A stretch of DNA of 47,689 nt, counting the filler, from Jimgerdemannia flammicorona (taxonomy: Eukaryota): assembly GCA_003990765.1 (NCBI GenBank). It is 2 parts of 2 records of this genome, joined end to end, with 100 filler letters (N's around TTAATTAATTAA, not from the genome) between each part and the next. Parts side by side here need not be neighbours in the genome. Positions count along the whole stretch, not along the records: positions 1 to 23,796 come from RBNJ01001064.1; 1 more part is not named here. One strand, written 5' to 3'. The notes under the pieces were generated by a model, which was not told where the DNA came from, did no database searches, and was given only the letters and a program-made list of their open reading frames with translations. Within the stretch, counting starts at the first letter, position 1; each line of letters begins with the position of its first letter. Of this stretch, positions 10,701-23,099 are shown one piece after another. Position numbers and translations under genes: made by a program.

Positions 10701-13700
10701 TTATCAATCTAGTAGATAATATTGAAGTTTGAGGGTCCCGAATCCGGACATAGTAGAAATTGCTGTTTGAGAATGAGCTGAACACAACTTACTTGGATAT
10801 TCTTCAGCGCCAGCAACTGTTCTTTTGTAGCAGAATTAGGCAACAAAACAAGTGCAACCCCTTCGTCGCTACGTATGATCACGTTTATATTCCCAATTGT
10901 GGGGATCTGGGATCGAAAAACATTGGCGATTTTCTCGGACGTAGCACTCGGAGGTAGTTCTTCCAAATAAATCACACTGATGTAAAACGTGAGGATGTGT
11001 CGATTGTAGGAGATTCTATTATAAAAATGAAAGGAAAATGTTGGTAGTAAGTCGTGTTATTGATGGTGATGATAGACAAGCAGGATTCCCAACATAATTA
11101 TAATAAGTGCAGATAATATCAGGTTGTCATACCCCTCCAAGAGCAATGCCTTCTCCGCAGCTTCAAAATTACAATCAAACGCGAGAACATCCTGTATTTC
11201 ATTCTGAGTGTTATACTTCCAATGGCCCCTGAACACTTTAGACAAGTGATTTTGTATATCGGTCACTTGAAGGTTTCCGAGGTTACCTCCGATAAAGAGT
11301 GTTGCGGTTGCTCTAATTGGTATTCCGTAAAACATGAAGCAAAATAAAAAATCGGAGCTGCGGTGTCATTTTAACCCAAATCGCAAATTGAAAATTCAAA
11401 ACTGACTTCTTTTTGATCTTCACTCCGTACGGTGTTGCACCTTTATCTGACGGAAATAACATGCATTCTGCAGCCAAGGCTATTTCAGCATATTCGCGGT
11501 GGGCGAATTTCAGGGAACCGATTCGTGTCTGAGGGCCGATCTCACAACAAAGAACCTTTCCAAAGGCTATGGAGAACTGCGAATGTAGTTTTGCAGGAAA
11601 GGACGTTCGATGGAAAACAGATATTAGATTACGTCGATGACAATTGCAACGATTGTCACTTGTCGCATTTCCCGATGTGGCTTCAATCTGACACACCTTA
11701 TCAATAATGAAAGCATCGTTGACGTTCTGGGGTATCCCGACCAGATACACCGTTGAATTATTGTTGGATTTCCCGATAGTCGGCATTGCCCGTATTGCAC
11801 TGATGTGAACTGGACATCCTCGGATAACCGGAACAAATGACAGGGATTGTTTCAAAACTCTAGAAGATGGTACAATTATTTAAATGAGGTTCGCATGTAA
11901 ATTTACGCCAATTTCAGCTGGCTAAGAGAGCGAACTTACCTGCATCGGGCTTCGGTGTCTGTCAACCACACAATGGCCATCCTCTCCCTATTACGCAAGT
12001 CGACCTTGGTGATCACTCCTTGAAAGATTTTCAAACCAAAAATAGCCCCAATCAACTCGTCCCTAGGTTGTTGGAGTAATTCGTATGGTATTTCCTCTAT
12101 GCAGACCTTTGGAACGGCTTCCCCGAATATCATAGCCTTTTTGCTGTTGATCTAGTAGACAACATTGAAGTTCGATGGGCCCCGCATCCGAACATAATGG
12201 AAATCGCTGCTTGAGAATGAGCGGAATGCGACTTACTTGGATGCTATTCAAAGCCAGCAGCTGCTCTTTTGATGCAGAGTTGGGCAACAAAACAACTGCA
12301 ATACCTTCGCCACTACGTACGATCACCTTAATCTTCCTGATTGTGGGCAGCATTAATTGTAACACATTGGTGATCGTCTCGCATGTAGCAGTCGGAGGTA
12401 GTTCTTCCAAATAAATAACACTGGTGTAAACCGTGAGGAACTTTTGCTTGTAGATTATTCTATTAAATAATGGGAAAAATGTTGTCCATAGTAAGTCGTG
12501 TGATTAGCACAGATGATAGCCAATTAAAATCCCCAAAAATAAAGGCAAATGCAGATAATGTCGAGTGCCGTACCCCTGCGAAACCAAAGTTTTTTCCGCA
12601 GCTTGAAAATCACAATCAAAAGCGAGGACATCCTGTATTTCACTCTTGACATTACGCTTCCAATGACCTGTGAATACCTTAGACAGGTGATTTTGTATGT
12701 CGGTCACATAAAGGCTTTCGAGGTTCCCTTCGACAAAGAGTGTTGCGGTTGCTCTAATTCGTATTCCATAAAACGCCAAGCAAAATAAAAATCGAAGAAG
12801 CGATGCGATGTAATTTCAATGCAATTCTTAAATCGGGCATTCAATACTGACTTCTTCTTGATATTCATTTTGTACAGTGTTGCACCTTTATCTGACGAAA
12901 ATAACATGGACTCAGCAGCCAAGGCTTTCTTAGCATTTTCGTGGCTAGCGAATTTCAGAGAACCGATTCGCGTCTGACGGCCGATCTCGCAACAAAGAAC
13001 CTCTCCGAAGGCTGTGGAGAACTGCAGAGGTAGATTCGCAGGAAAGGGTGTTTGATGAAAAACAGTCATTAGGTTACGTCGATGATAATTGCAATAATGG
13101 AAGCTTGTCGTATTTCACAATCTGACATACCTTGTCAATAATGTATGCTTCGTTAATGCTCTGGGGAATCTCAACCAGATAAACCGTTGAATTCTCGTCA
13201 TCCCGTGGGCGCGAGGTAGTTCCTGTGACCTCCATCCTCACGACGCCATATTGGTGATGACCGTTTGGAGCGTCGTCAATCACGCTGTTTCCGTTCGTAA
13301 TTTCGCTTGTCTCGTGGTCGTGCCAATTCAACGCCGATGGCGAACTCGGAGCTATCCTGGCTGCGACGCAATTAACAAGGCACAAATCGATGTGGGAGTT
13401 GATGAAATACACGTTGTTGCCGAGGATCACGTGGCAGGCGGGGCATTTATTGTTAAAGACAGCTGCGGGTAAAATAGAAGAGGAAGTATGCGTGTACAAA
13501 TATTTATATTACTGCTATAGTTTTCGTCGCACACACCCTGCTTGCTTCTATCCTGTAACTCACCCTCGCCATAAGGAGGTCCCGTTTGTGTTGCAGATGA
13601 CGACTCACTACTGAATCTGCTGCTTCTTTCATATCTTCCATCTCCCTGGGTTGACCGCGAATATAGAGGATATTCCGGAACAGTGTGCGGGTCATCATTG

Positions 13701-13982
13701 CTATTCAGCCGACCTTGTCGACCAGTGGGGACGGTAGACTGATGAAAGCCGGACGAACCCGACGGAGTTGTTGAAACTATAAGCTGTAAAGGAACTGTTT
13801 TTAGACCACTATACAAACGGTTGAGTTTTAAAAAAATTTATTGCTGGCAAAATGGGCCTTATGATATGTTCTAATACGTAAGCTACCTTCAGAGCGCCAA
13901 GTGTCCTTGATAGAAAGCCTTGCGAAGTGCCGTTAGCATGATCTTGTGAGGAAGCTCGGATGGGGGGTTGTATGTCATCCAT
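4751..13982 (-). CDS. Large multi-exon ADP-ribosylation protein: UBZ - 8 RRM-like - bacterial-type PARG - 10 PBZ - putative ART - beta domain - 5 PBZ (about 2,200 aa, 29 exons)
   Basis: Manual splicing from ATG 13982 (MDDIQPP) to TAA 4751-4753 finds GT..AG introns with matching phases at every junction. It links track ORFs 13427, 13074, 12704, 12504, 12063, 11936, 11313, 11057, 10709, 10493, 10010, 9666, 8657, 9099, 7955, 7537, 6346, 5718, 5368, 5051 and 4751, with no in-frame stops in the model. The first two exons are the least certain. Confidence 0.85.
4760..5221 (-). repeat. C-terminal array of 5 PBZ-like fingers
   Basis: CSLQTSC..HCRKFSH, CRNIAIC..HNQ|VYSH, CRFGNGC..HQRYYIH, CHDYQNC..HRESFLH, CNSGLWC..HIKIYKH. 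Confidence 0.8.
7924..8818 (-). repeat. Array of 10 PBZ-like (C-x5/6-C-x6/7-H-x5-H) zinc fingers
   Basis: CSFGGCCDKFDTTHTKEFYH, CPFDKGCKNTDDHHIFSFRH, CKRKGLC..HAELFSH, CENGGGC..HLQQFLH, CAEGVAC..HAEKFRH, CPYGSFC..HMEQCVH, CRGTPFAC..HVAKFSH, CKYGAAC..HVKNTIH, CPHGANC..HLNLFSH, CKYGQVC..HVVEYAH. They resemble APLF/CHFR PBZ. Confidence 0.8.
8900..9998 (-). other. Microbial-type PARG macrodomain (TIGR02452/DUF2263) within the large gene
   Basis: Spliced: VIKEDCLLAA..PVVLNMAS|ATSPGGGYRKGDGAQEENIFRRS..GGIYTPDVTVFR..IAVAA..LLLSALGCGAFQNPP..FRKIVFAI. Catalytic GGG..QEE at 9554-9592. Confidence 0.93.
10335..13195 (-). repeat. Intragenic tandem duplication (about 1.44 kb unit, exons plus introns) encoding 4 RRM-like domains per unit
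   Basis: Unit A about 10335-11760, unit B about 11775-13195; e.g. NSTVYLVEIPQ/NSTVYLVGIPQ, CCEIGRQTRIGSLKF/CCEIGPQTRIGSLKF, IFQGVITKVDLR in both. Intron positions and phases are the same. Confidence 0.93.
13377..13445 (-). other. UBZ4/Rad18-type ubiquitin-binding zinc finger motif
   Basis: CPACHVILGNNVYFINSHIDLCL matches CPxC...INxHLDxCL. Confidence 0.75.
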
Positions 13983-15069
13983 GAAATCAGATACTTGAAT
14001 TCCTTCGAAGTTTGTTTCTTATATTTTTTACAAACGCGAACCCGACAGTTAATTACTCCAAGATTTTGCTGCGGCCTTGGCCTGTTGTTGATTGCTACCA
14101 AAATAGTTCAACTTGTGACTACTCACCCAAGGCAAGACACAAACAAACCCACCGCCCACACCGCCTAATTATTGCGATGATGTCACCTTATCCTTATCTG
14201 TCAGTCCGTATAATACTATAGTTATACTCACTATATTGATTACATTATACACCTTTGTGCTTTATAGAATACTTAAAAAGATATTTTTCTATATTTAAAT
14301 ATATATCTTTATTCTTATTTCTTTAAACTTATCAATATACTCTACTTTATCTTCTATCTGTCAACCTATTTATCATTCTCTCTACTATTAGTCAAACTAT
14401 TTATAGATCACTCTGACTTTTCTTTTTTATATAAAAAATATCTACTATAAGATTGAAAATACTTTCATTTACTTTATAAATTCTAATTAACTTAACTCTT
14501 ATACTAAAAATTATAACTATTTTATACTTCACTATTAAGAAATAATTTACTAACTCAAAGAAGCTATCAACTATCTCACTATCTAATATAAAAATAAAAT
14601 TAGTTACTATCTTATAAAAAAATTAAAAAGTAACTAATAATAGAAGATACTAATTATATATATATAACAATTCTGATTTTTATAAAAGAGAGTTGTCTAA
14701 AGTATTAATAGTTTTAACTTAGTAATATCTGAATTATTTTAAATTTGCTATATAAACTTCTAGTTTTACTATTGAATTAAAGTATATAAAAATAATTATA
14801 ATAATAAACTATCATATATAATAATAAAATATAACTAATAAGTTAATCTAGTATTAAAAATTATTAATATTTATATTAAATACTAAATTTAATATAACTA
14901 TCAAGAGGTTTAAGAACTCTTTAGCTTATTTTATATTATTAACTTCTTTAGCTCTTCAATACTAATTTCTCAGTTACTCTAATATCTTATTAAATATAAA
15001 TAATATCTGCTTACTTCTCTTTTAGCTTCTTTATAAACTAATAGTACTTTTACCATCTCTTAACTCTAC

Positions 15070-18000
15070 TGTCTGAGCATTGCATAGCCTTGTTGTATAT
15101 ATTTAGCTTACTAGAAGATGTCACAATATATGCACATTTATATACTTTGGTATAGCTCATATAGTTTTGACATTACTATTATCTAAGACTCACTGATATA
15201 TCCAAATAACTTCCTAATTCTGAATACATCTCTTAATATATATTGGACCACTTTTGTATTTATTTACCCTTTGTAGAAGATCCTTTATCATTGTATTCAC
15301 CATTATCTTTATCTTTGATCTTAGTGATCCTTGGCTCAGAGACTTACAGTAGTTGGAAATAGTTTTGATTAATCACTAGAATAATCAGAGATATTGATAA
15401 TGTTAGTTATTATACTAACTAGAATATAAAAGTTTCCATAGGTATTTCTATGTAGATCTCCTTATTATTTCCTTTTTCATTAAATTGTATATTATGTAAA
15501 ATCACTATACATTTCATATATAGATTTCAAAGTCTATATAATTTTTCACTATATCTAAGAAGTATATACTTGGTCATCTTTGACTCAAATTTATATCAGA
15601 TAGTATTACTTTTGTTAAGGACATATACATTACATCTAAATATATATAAATAGAATATGTTCAGATTGGTTCTACTCTATAATTCTTTAAAAGTAAGATT
15701 ATCATCCTTATACTTATTGTTGCTAGCTTCTTTGCTTAGTAATTAAGAAATATACTAATTGTGAATATATACCACTATATTAATAGCTTCAGCCCAATAG
15801 GAATATCCTAATCTGGTAACATTGATTATTGTCCTCACCATTTTGATGATCATATGGTTAAATCACTTAACTATATCATTATATTGAGATATATAAGAAG
15901 CTGTCATTTAATGACTTATACTATATTTTGTCAGAAATTTTCTGAATGTATTCTTGACATATTTACATCTATTATCTGAGTATATAGTATGTCTTCTACA
16001 TTCTGTTTCATTCTTAGTAATTGCTTTAAATTCTTTAAATTTCTTCAAGACTTTGCTCTTTATTAATAGGAAATATATATATGCTTTACATATATAATCA
16101 TCAATAAATATCAGAAAGTATCTTTTACTGAAATGTGATAGGGTATACATTAGGCTACATATATCCATATGGATTAGATCAAAGATCCCCAAGATGTACT
16201 TCAGTTGTTCTTTAAATAGTTGTCAGAAAGCTTTATTTTCTATGCATATCTCATAAAAGCTATTCTCAAGATATATATATGCTAGCAATCCTTTTACTAA
16301 GCTACTTCTTATCATATATTTGAGGCTTGTCTTGCTAACATATTCTAAGCATTGATGCTATATATTGAATATATCAGGTATAGTTATTGTATGAGTAGAG
16401 ACTTTTATACTATTTGGTATACCATTGATTATATAAAGATTTTCATATTTTGAAGCTATTATTAGTCTTTTATTATCATATAAATTATATACTATTATAC
16501 TTTTTGAATGTATGTGAATCTCTTTGTTGCTATAAGACATTATTTTTCTCATAAAAAAGAGGTTCTTTTCTATCTCCAGAGCATATAGTATATTCTCAAG
16601 AGTAGTAGTAGGCTTAACAATATTTCTATAGAGATATATTCCCACATTTCTCTTTTCTTGAGTATAGATAACATTATTATCTCCTAACTTGATAAATACA
16701 GGGTATTCAAAGAACTCATATATAGATGTGACTTCAGAATCTATTAACTAGATATTGTTATTATTGACTATATTGGCAGATTCACTACTGACAGATATAT
16801 ACTTGGAGAATGTATAATTGTTGGTGCTGTTTATATCATTGCCACTTTTTATTAGGTAAAAAGTATTTTACTGACTGAGATCTGTAGATGATGGATTGGT
16901 GGATTTGGTGGTAGATCTTATACTGGCAGAACTGATACTACTAGTGGAACTGCTTATTATAGATATAGATCTTGCACTGGCAGAATTGGTGGTTAAGCTG
17001 ATGGCTTGTGCAAAAAATAGATTACTGCTTTCATCAGTTCAGCAGTATTTATATTGCCATACTTCTCTTAATAGTTCTTTCTACTACTTCAACATTATAA
17101 GTATTAGCTTTTTCCATATTATTGCTTATTTTTACTACTCTTTTTATTATTTTTCCAGCTATAGAAATAGTATTTTCTATGTCCATACTTGCCACAGTAT
17201 TTATAGTAATCATCATACTTAATTGATTAGCTTGACTGATTATTGTATTATTGAGCTTAGGTTTATTTCCTTTGATCTTATTGCCTGTACTTCCATTGTT
17301 TAGCACTATATCCATGAGACCTATAGAAGGTATTTTCATCATCATCAGTATTATTTCCTTAGTATATTTCCTTATTCATGAGGCTCATCATCATGTGGGT
17401 GTAATCTGAGAGACTATTACTCTCATATGGCTGTGATAATAATATTATACATATTTGGAATTCCTCTTTTAAGTGTTATAACCTCATCTTCATTATCAAT
17501 ATAATCTACAGATATACTGAGAGAATTCACTTGATTTACCAGATTGTTAACACAACTGATATATTCATAAATACTCTTCTTTGGCTTTATTTGAAGATTA
17601 AATAGCTGAGATTTTAGGTAGAATTGATTTGATATAGATGCTTGCATGTAATACTTGTATAGGGATTTTCATACCCTATGAGCTATTGTAGCATACATTA
17701 TAAACTTCATTTACAAGTTTGATAATGTGAATGCAATCTTATATAATACTCAGCAATTGCTTATAGAGTTATAATCTTAAATTAGTACTTATGGCTTTAT
17801 GTACTCTACTAAGCCATATTTGTCAAGGAGATTCATTATATGAAACATCCAAATAGCATAATCTTTCCCATCAAAGATCAAGATAAACCTTTTGATTGTA
17901 TTTATACTAATAACTAGAACTGTATTTTCCATATTTATTGAGGTTATACTTGTGGGAGAAATGCTCATAATTGATATATCTATTTCTATACTCACATTGC

Positions 18001-18223
18001 TAGACTGATCAGACATTTCTAATATAGTATATTTTAAAGAAATATATTTACTATAGCTGCTTAGTACTAGTAGAGCTCATAACCTTTGTTATAAAAATAG
18101 GCAATTTTATTGAAGTTATATAGATTATATATTTCCCTATATTACTGATAAATGATATAAATCTTATAATCTGATAGAATGGTATAAAGTCATATACTGA
18201 TATATCAAGTTACTATCTCAATA
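15070..18223 (-). mobile_element. Decayed Ty1/copia LTR retrotransposon, truncated before RT
   Basis: LTR about 18087-18223; PBS GGTTATGAGC just inside; gag N-terminus FDGKDYAIW (17789-18016) and gag core (17423-17647); protease *LIDSEVT about 16730-16750; integrase DLIHMDIC..RYFLIFIDDY..IYSDN (15908-16192). Integrase precedes RT, the copia order. Confidence 0.88.
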
Positions 18224-18513
18224 CCTATTGAGGTAGTTATACCTATAGTTAGCAGAATACTCATAATTGGTATATCTATTTCTACACTCATATTGCTAGA
18301 CTAATTATTTGATATTTCTAGTATATTTTAAAGAGGTGTATTTATTTGCTATAGTTACTTAGTGCTAGCAGAACTCATAACCTTTGTTGTAAAGAGAGGG
18401 GCATTTTATTGAAGTTGTATAGATTATGTATTTTATACTTTATTGATAAATAATATAAATCTAATAGTATAGTATAAGGTTACATGTAGACATATTGAGT
18501 TGCCATCACAATA
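18224..18513 (-). mobile_element. Second related copia 5' end (LTR about 18385-18513, PBS, start of gag)
   Basis: Direct repeat of about 17960-18223, including ctcataacctttgtt and ttttattgaagtt. Confidence 0.75.
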
Positions 18514-18938
18514 TAAAAAATAAATTATATGAAATTATAGAGAAATATTTAAAAAAATAACTATAATAAGTTTTAAATATATATCTCAATTTATTTTTTA
18601 TTAATATTTATAAATAATTTTATTCTCAAAACTAAACAAATAATTTTTTTTTTAGAATTTTTTTTAAAGATAAAATAAAAATTTAAAAATAATAAATTTA
18701 ATATTTTTAAATATCTCTAATATAAAACTATAATATTATAATATAAAATATATCATATAGAATATTTTTATTTAAATAATTAAAATGTAAAATTTAATAA
18801 AACATTAGTTCAGTTTTGAAATATACTATATATGAGATAATTAAGATAGATAAGATGAGATAATTGAGACAGATAAGATGAGATAATTATAATAAAAGAA
18901 TAATTGAAATAGAAGTTTAAAAGAATATTAAATGAGAT

Positions 18939-19038
<100 letters not shown>

Positions 19039-19274
19039 AGTTGACTTTTTCTTTAGAATTTTAAACTCAGTTATAATTATTTAAAATCCATCTACTTTAG
19101 CTTCAAAATATAATATCTGATATAACAAACCTTCTTTCAAGAAATATAAAAACTATATAAATTTAAACTAAATTAAAATATATTAAAAATAAAAAATAAA
19201 AAATAAAAAATAAAATTAATAGAGTTTCTTATAGTTTTATAGATAAAATATTAGTTTTTATCAATAGTTCTCAA

Positions 19275-19559
19275 TAGTACTTAGAATAAATTAAATTGAC
19301 TTGAGAGCTAATTCAATTTAAATTAATTTAAATTAATTTTCAATTTGAACCTTAATTTTTAAAATTTAATAATGTGATAAAAATATCTCTAAATTTAACA
19401 AAATTTAGCTCTCAAATTTAGCTATATTTTTATTGAGTTATTATATTTCAAAATTTGGCTTTTAATTTTAATTTGAATTGAAAAATTATTAATTTGATTC
19501 AATTCAAATCAACCTTAATTTGATTGATTTAAATTGATTAAATTTATTTGAGAGTACTA
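19275..19559. mobile_element. Old hAT-type MITE, heavily decayed
   Basis: Left TAGTACTTAGAATAAATT, right AATTTATTTGAGAGTACTA; flanks GTTCTCAA / GTTCTTAT (6/8 TSD match). Confidence 0.6.
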
Positions 19560-20031
19560 GTTCTTATGAGATTATTAACTTCAGATTAAGATTTTAGCTC
19601 AGTACATATCTCTTTAATAGTTGGTACAATATGCAAAACTGTATGCTTTTTTTTATATATGTTTTTAATAATTTTTTATATTTAAGCTACTTAATAAAAA
19701 AAAAATTAATATTGTCAGAATATATATTTTTTATATTTCATTTAAATTTAAATGTAAAATAATCGAAGGGATATATATGTCTAGTCAACTTTAGGTATTA
19801 CAACAGATAATAGGGACAATCCGGTTATATACTTAGGGAGATGCAGAAGACAAAAAGATTTTGATGCTGTCTGATGTTTAGCTAATATTACACCACAGAT
19901 CACGTGGCATGTGTTCGGGTGTGTCACATATAATTGGTCACGTGGTGTGGTTTATAGATTGGTAGATTGGCCGTTCTGTATCTCCCCAGTTGAATCGACA
20001 ACGTAAACAAAGACGTACTCAATCATAAAAT

Positions 20032-21508
20032 ATGGCCGGGCAACCCCACAAAACTGGTCTTAGCCTCAAGGACGACATAGCCGAGATATGGACAAATGCA
20101 ACCTACCATGACGTAAACATCGTCTGCGCCGATGGCGTTGAGCTTGGCGCCTGTCGTGCTGTGTTGGCTGCAAGGTGTGTTGATCGCATTTAATGATTTT
20201 ATATATTCTTCTCTTATTAATTAATACCATACGGTCCCAAGGTGTCCAGTATTTAAGGCAATGCTGTACGGAAATATGCAAGAGAGCATCTCTCAGCGTG
20301 TCGTCCTCCACGACATCAACTCAGTAGTGCTGACTATCGTGCTCGGATTCATCCACACCGAAACAATCGACGATACCACCATCACCATCGCTGTGGACCT
20401 CTACCGTGCAGCGAGTTTCCTTCTCCTCCCAAAGCTCATGTCAATGGTTTTGGAGCGCGCCCAAGACATTTCCGACTTTGGCGTCTCCTCTACACTCCTC
20501 AACGAGGCCGCCGCTTCCATCCCATGGAGTGAAGCCAGCAAGGACCTCTACACCGTACTCCTCAAGCCCTTCTACTCTCGCAAGCTCAAAATAGGAGAGT
20601 TGACTGACCTCTCCGAGGAGGCCATCGAGCTTCTCTTCACTGCACCCTGCGCGACAACTCTCGTCACTTCCGAAAACGATCTGCTGCTGGGCATCGTCGA
20701 CTGGGTTTGGGCGCATGCCGAAGAGCCAGGGCTCGACGTTGCAGAACGTCATGCTATCTTGCGTGATATTGCCAGTATGGCTCCCGGCTGCAAGGGCAGA
20801 ATTCGGCTAGGAAATAACTCAGTGCTGTTGAACATGATGAGGCATGTAGACCTCACTCTCGTATGCCCGCATCACCTGAAGAACCTCACGGAAGCGGTCG
20901 ATGGGTTTGCAGAAACATCTCCGCACTACACGGCCTTTTGTTACCATGCATGCAAGAACACCATTTGTCCAACGGGGCACCCATCTGGGTATCGCCGAAG
21001 ACAAGATATCCGGTGGGATAGATCGAAGATTGGTTCAGGCGTTGTCATCTCAGACGACGGCAAGGTCGTAGAACTTTCCGTCGGGACATCGACAACCGAG
21101 ATGCAGACGGCGAGGATCTCCGTCCCAGGGACAATGACTCAGGCGGAGTTGTGTGAATGGGACATTGTCGTTGAATCCGTTGGATTGTATGGCGGATCCC
21201 GGCCCTTTTGCGAAATCGGGTTGGTGAAGGAAGAGTTCACTGGTTTCGATCTCCGAATGGAGGGGTGGTTATTCAAGTCTTGGGATAATTACCGGGTGAT
21301 AACCGGACCGGGAGAAGTCCGTGACCATGATGTCACTCTTCGGGTTGGTGATGTGGTGACTTTGCATCTGGATAAAGGCAAACGTACTTGCTCTCTTTCC
21401 ATCAATGGAATTAATCACGGGATTGCATGGACTGACCTTCCGGAGACAGTGTACCCTGCAGTGACTGTAGGTGTTCAATCCAAGTATCGGATAAAGGATG
21501 ATCTTTAA
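20032..21508 (+). CDS. BTB/POZ - BACK-like - SPRY/B30.2 protein (2 exons: 20032-20174, 20242-21508; 469 aa)
   Basis: Exon 1 YHDVNIVCADGVELGACRAVLAAR joins in phase to CPVFKAMLYGNMQES (BTB). C-terminal EWDIVV..EIGLV..GDVVTLHLDKGKRTCSLSING..LPETVYPAVT is SPRY-like. Confidence 0.9.
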
Positions 21509-23099
21509 CTGGTCTTCCACTTGATGAATACAATGGTTCTTTATTTGTTTCCTAGCTGATTGACATGTATTGTATGGATTAAGTGTACTAACCTTTCGGG
21601 AGTTTGCTATATGTTATCGATATATGTATATACCATGTTATATTTTCTGTAAAAAATATTTTTTTTACTTTCACAATTTGGTGATCAATGATAATTCCTG
21701 ATAACTAACTGGTCGTAATAGCTGACATGACGCATAAATATTCTTTGGTAATTTTCATGTGCATCAAATTAACTAAATGAATTTGAAATTTTAAGGGGTT
21801 ATTTACATATTATTTATTTTTATATCTGAATATATTAGGTTTGAAAATTGTTTATAAAAATATACTGAAGACAGAATAGAAATGAACTGAAGCTTATAGG
21901 CAAAATAGCTATTTAGCAGTAAGAGCACTAATAAAGAATTTATTGAGAGAGTATAATAGAGTATTAAGTATAATAAATTTATAGTCTAATATATATTTTA
22001 GTAATTTTTTTTAAATATTTCTAAATATTCTATCAGATTCTATAATCTTTTATCATCTTTTAGAATATTTTTTAGTCTTTCATAAAATTTAACAGAAATA
22101 CTTCAGTATCTTTTATCAGAAGCTTCTTTTAATAATACTTCTTTTAGCTTAGTTACTTCTTAGTTATTTTAACTTATTATTTTTTAATATTTTTTAATAT
22201 TTTATATAAATATATCTTTAGTTCTTTCAAATAAATAATATATATATTAAAAAAAAATCATAAGAATTACTTAAATACTTAAAAATATCTCTTTAAGATA
22301 CTTAATCTTAATTATTATCTTTTAAACCCCATTTTTAAAATATATACTAGTTATATTATATATTATTATACTTAAAAATATATATAATTAAATTAAAATA
22401 TATAGAATATAATTTAATAATATTTATTAACTACTTTAAATAAACTAGTAAAAATATCTACTATTATATTTATTAGCTTTAAATTACTAAATTCTGATCT
22501 TTTAAAAGTGAAAACTTCTTTTAGAGTATTGTTTCTTGATATACCCTTCTTCTGATTCATTAGAGTAGATAGGAAAATATGTCAATATTATTGTAAGCTT
22601 CTCTGTTTTATAAATAATAGTGATTTTATAATTCTAGAGGATAAGGATCCAGCAGACAAGAATTCTGATAGATTTCTTATAGTTGAATAGTTATTTGAAA
22701 GCAGTATAGTCAGTATTAGAGTGAATCTTTTTCTGATAATATAGTAGTGACTGCCTATATGACTATTCCATAATCTATAAGAAAAACACAAGCAAATTTA
22801 AAGATACAGGCAAATTTGCCTGCTAAAATTTATTTAGCCATAATATTTGTAATAATGTATATTATTTTTATAATTTCTAAAAAAGGTAAAATAAAGTTTT
22901 ACTAAATAATTTATATAAAAAAATTATAACAAACATAAAAAAATAATTTCCAAATTTGGTATATTCTAATTATAAATAAAAAAATATAATTATTATAATA
23001 AGTAAAACAATAATTTAAAATTTAATAAAATAAATATTAGCTAAAATATATAAGTATCATAATTTTTGTAGATATATTTGTCTGCTTTACAACCTAAGG

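Noticed and set aside
4825..13614. Plus-strand ORFs overlapping the large gene (e.g. 5772-6134, 9846-10172)
   Set aside because: Antisense shadows of the minus-strand exons with no recognisable motifs.
14230..15060. Possible decayed DNA transposase (LKEAINYL-like stretch near 14555)
   Set aside because: A single weak motif; cannot be supported by eye.
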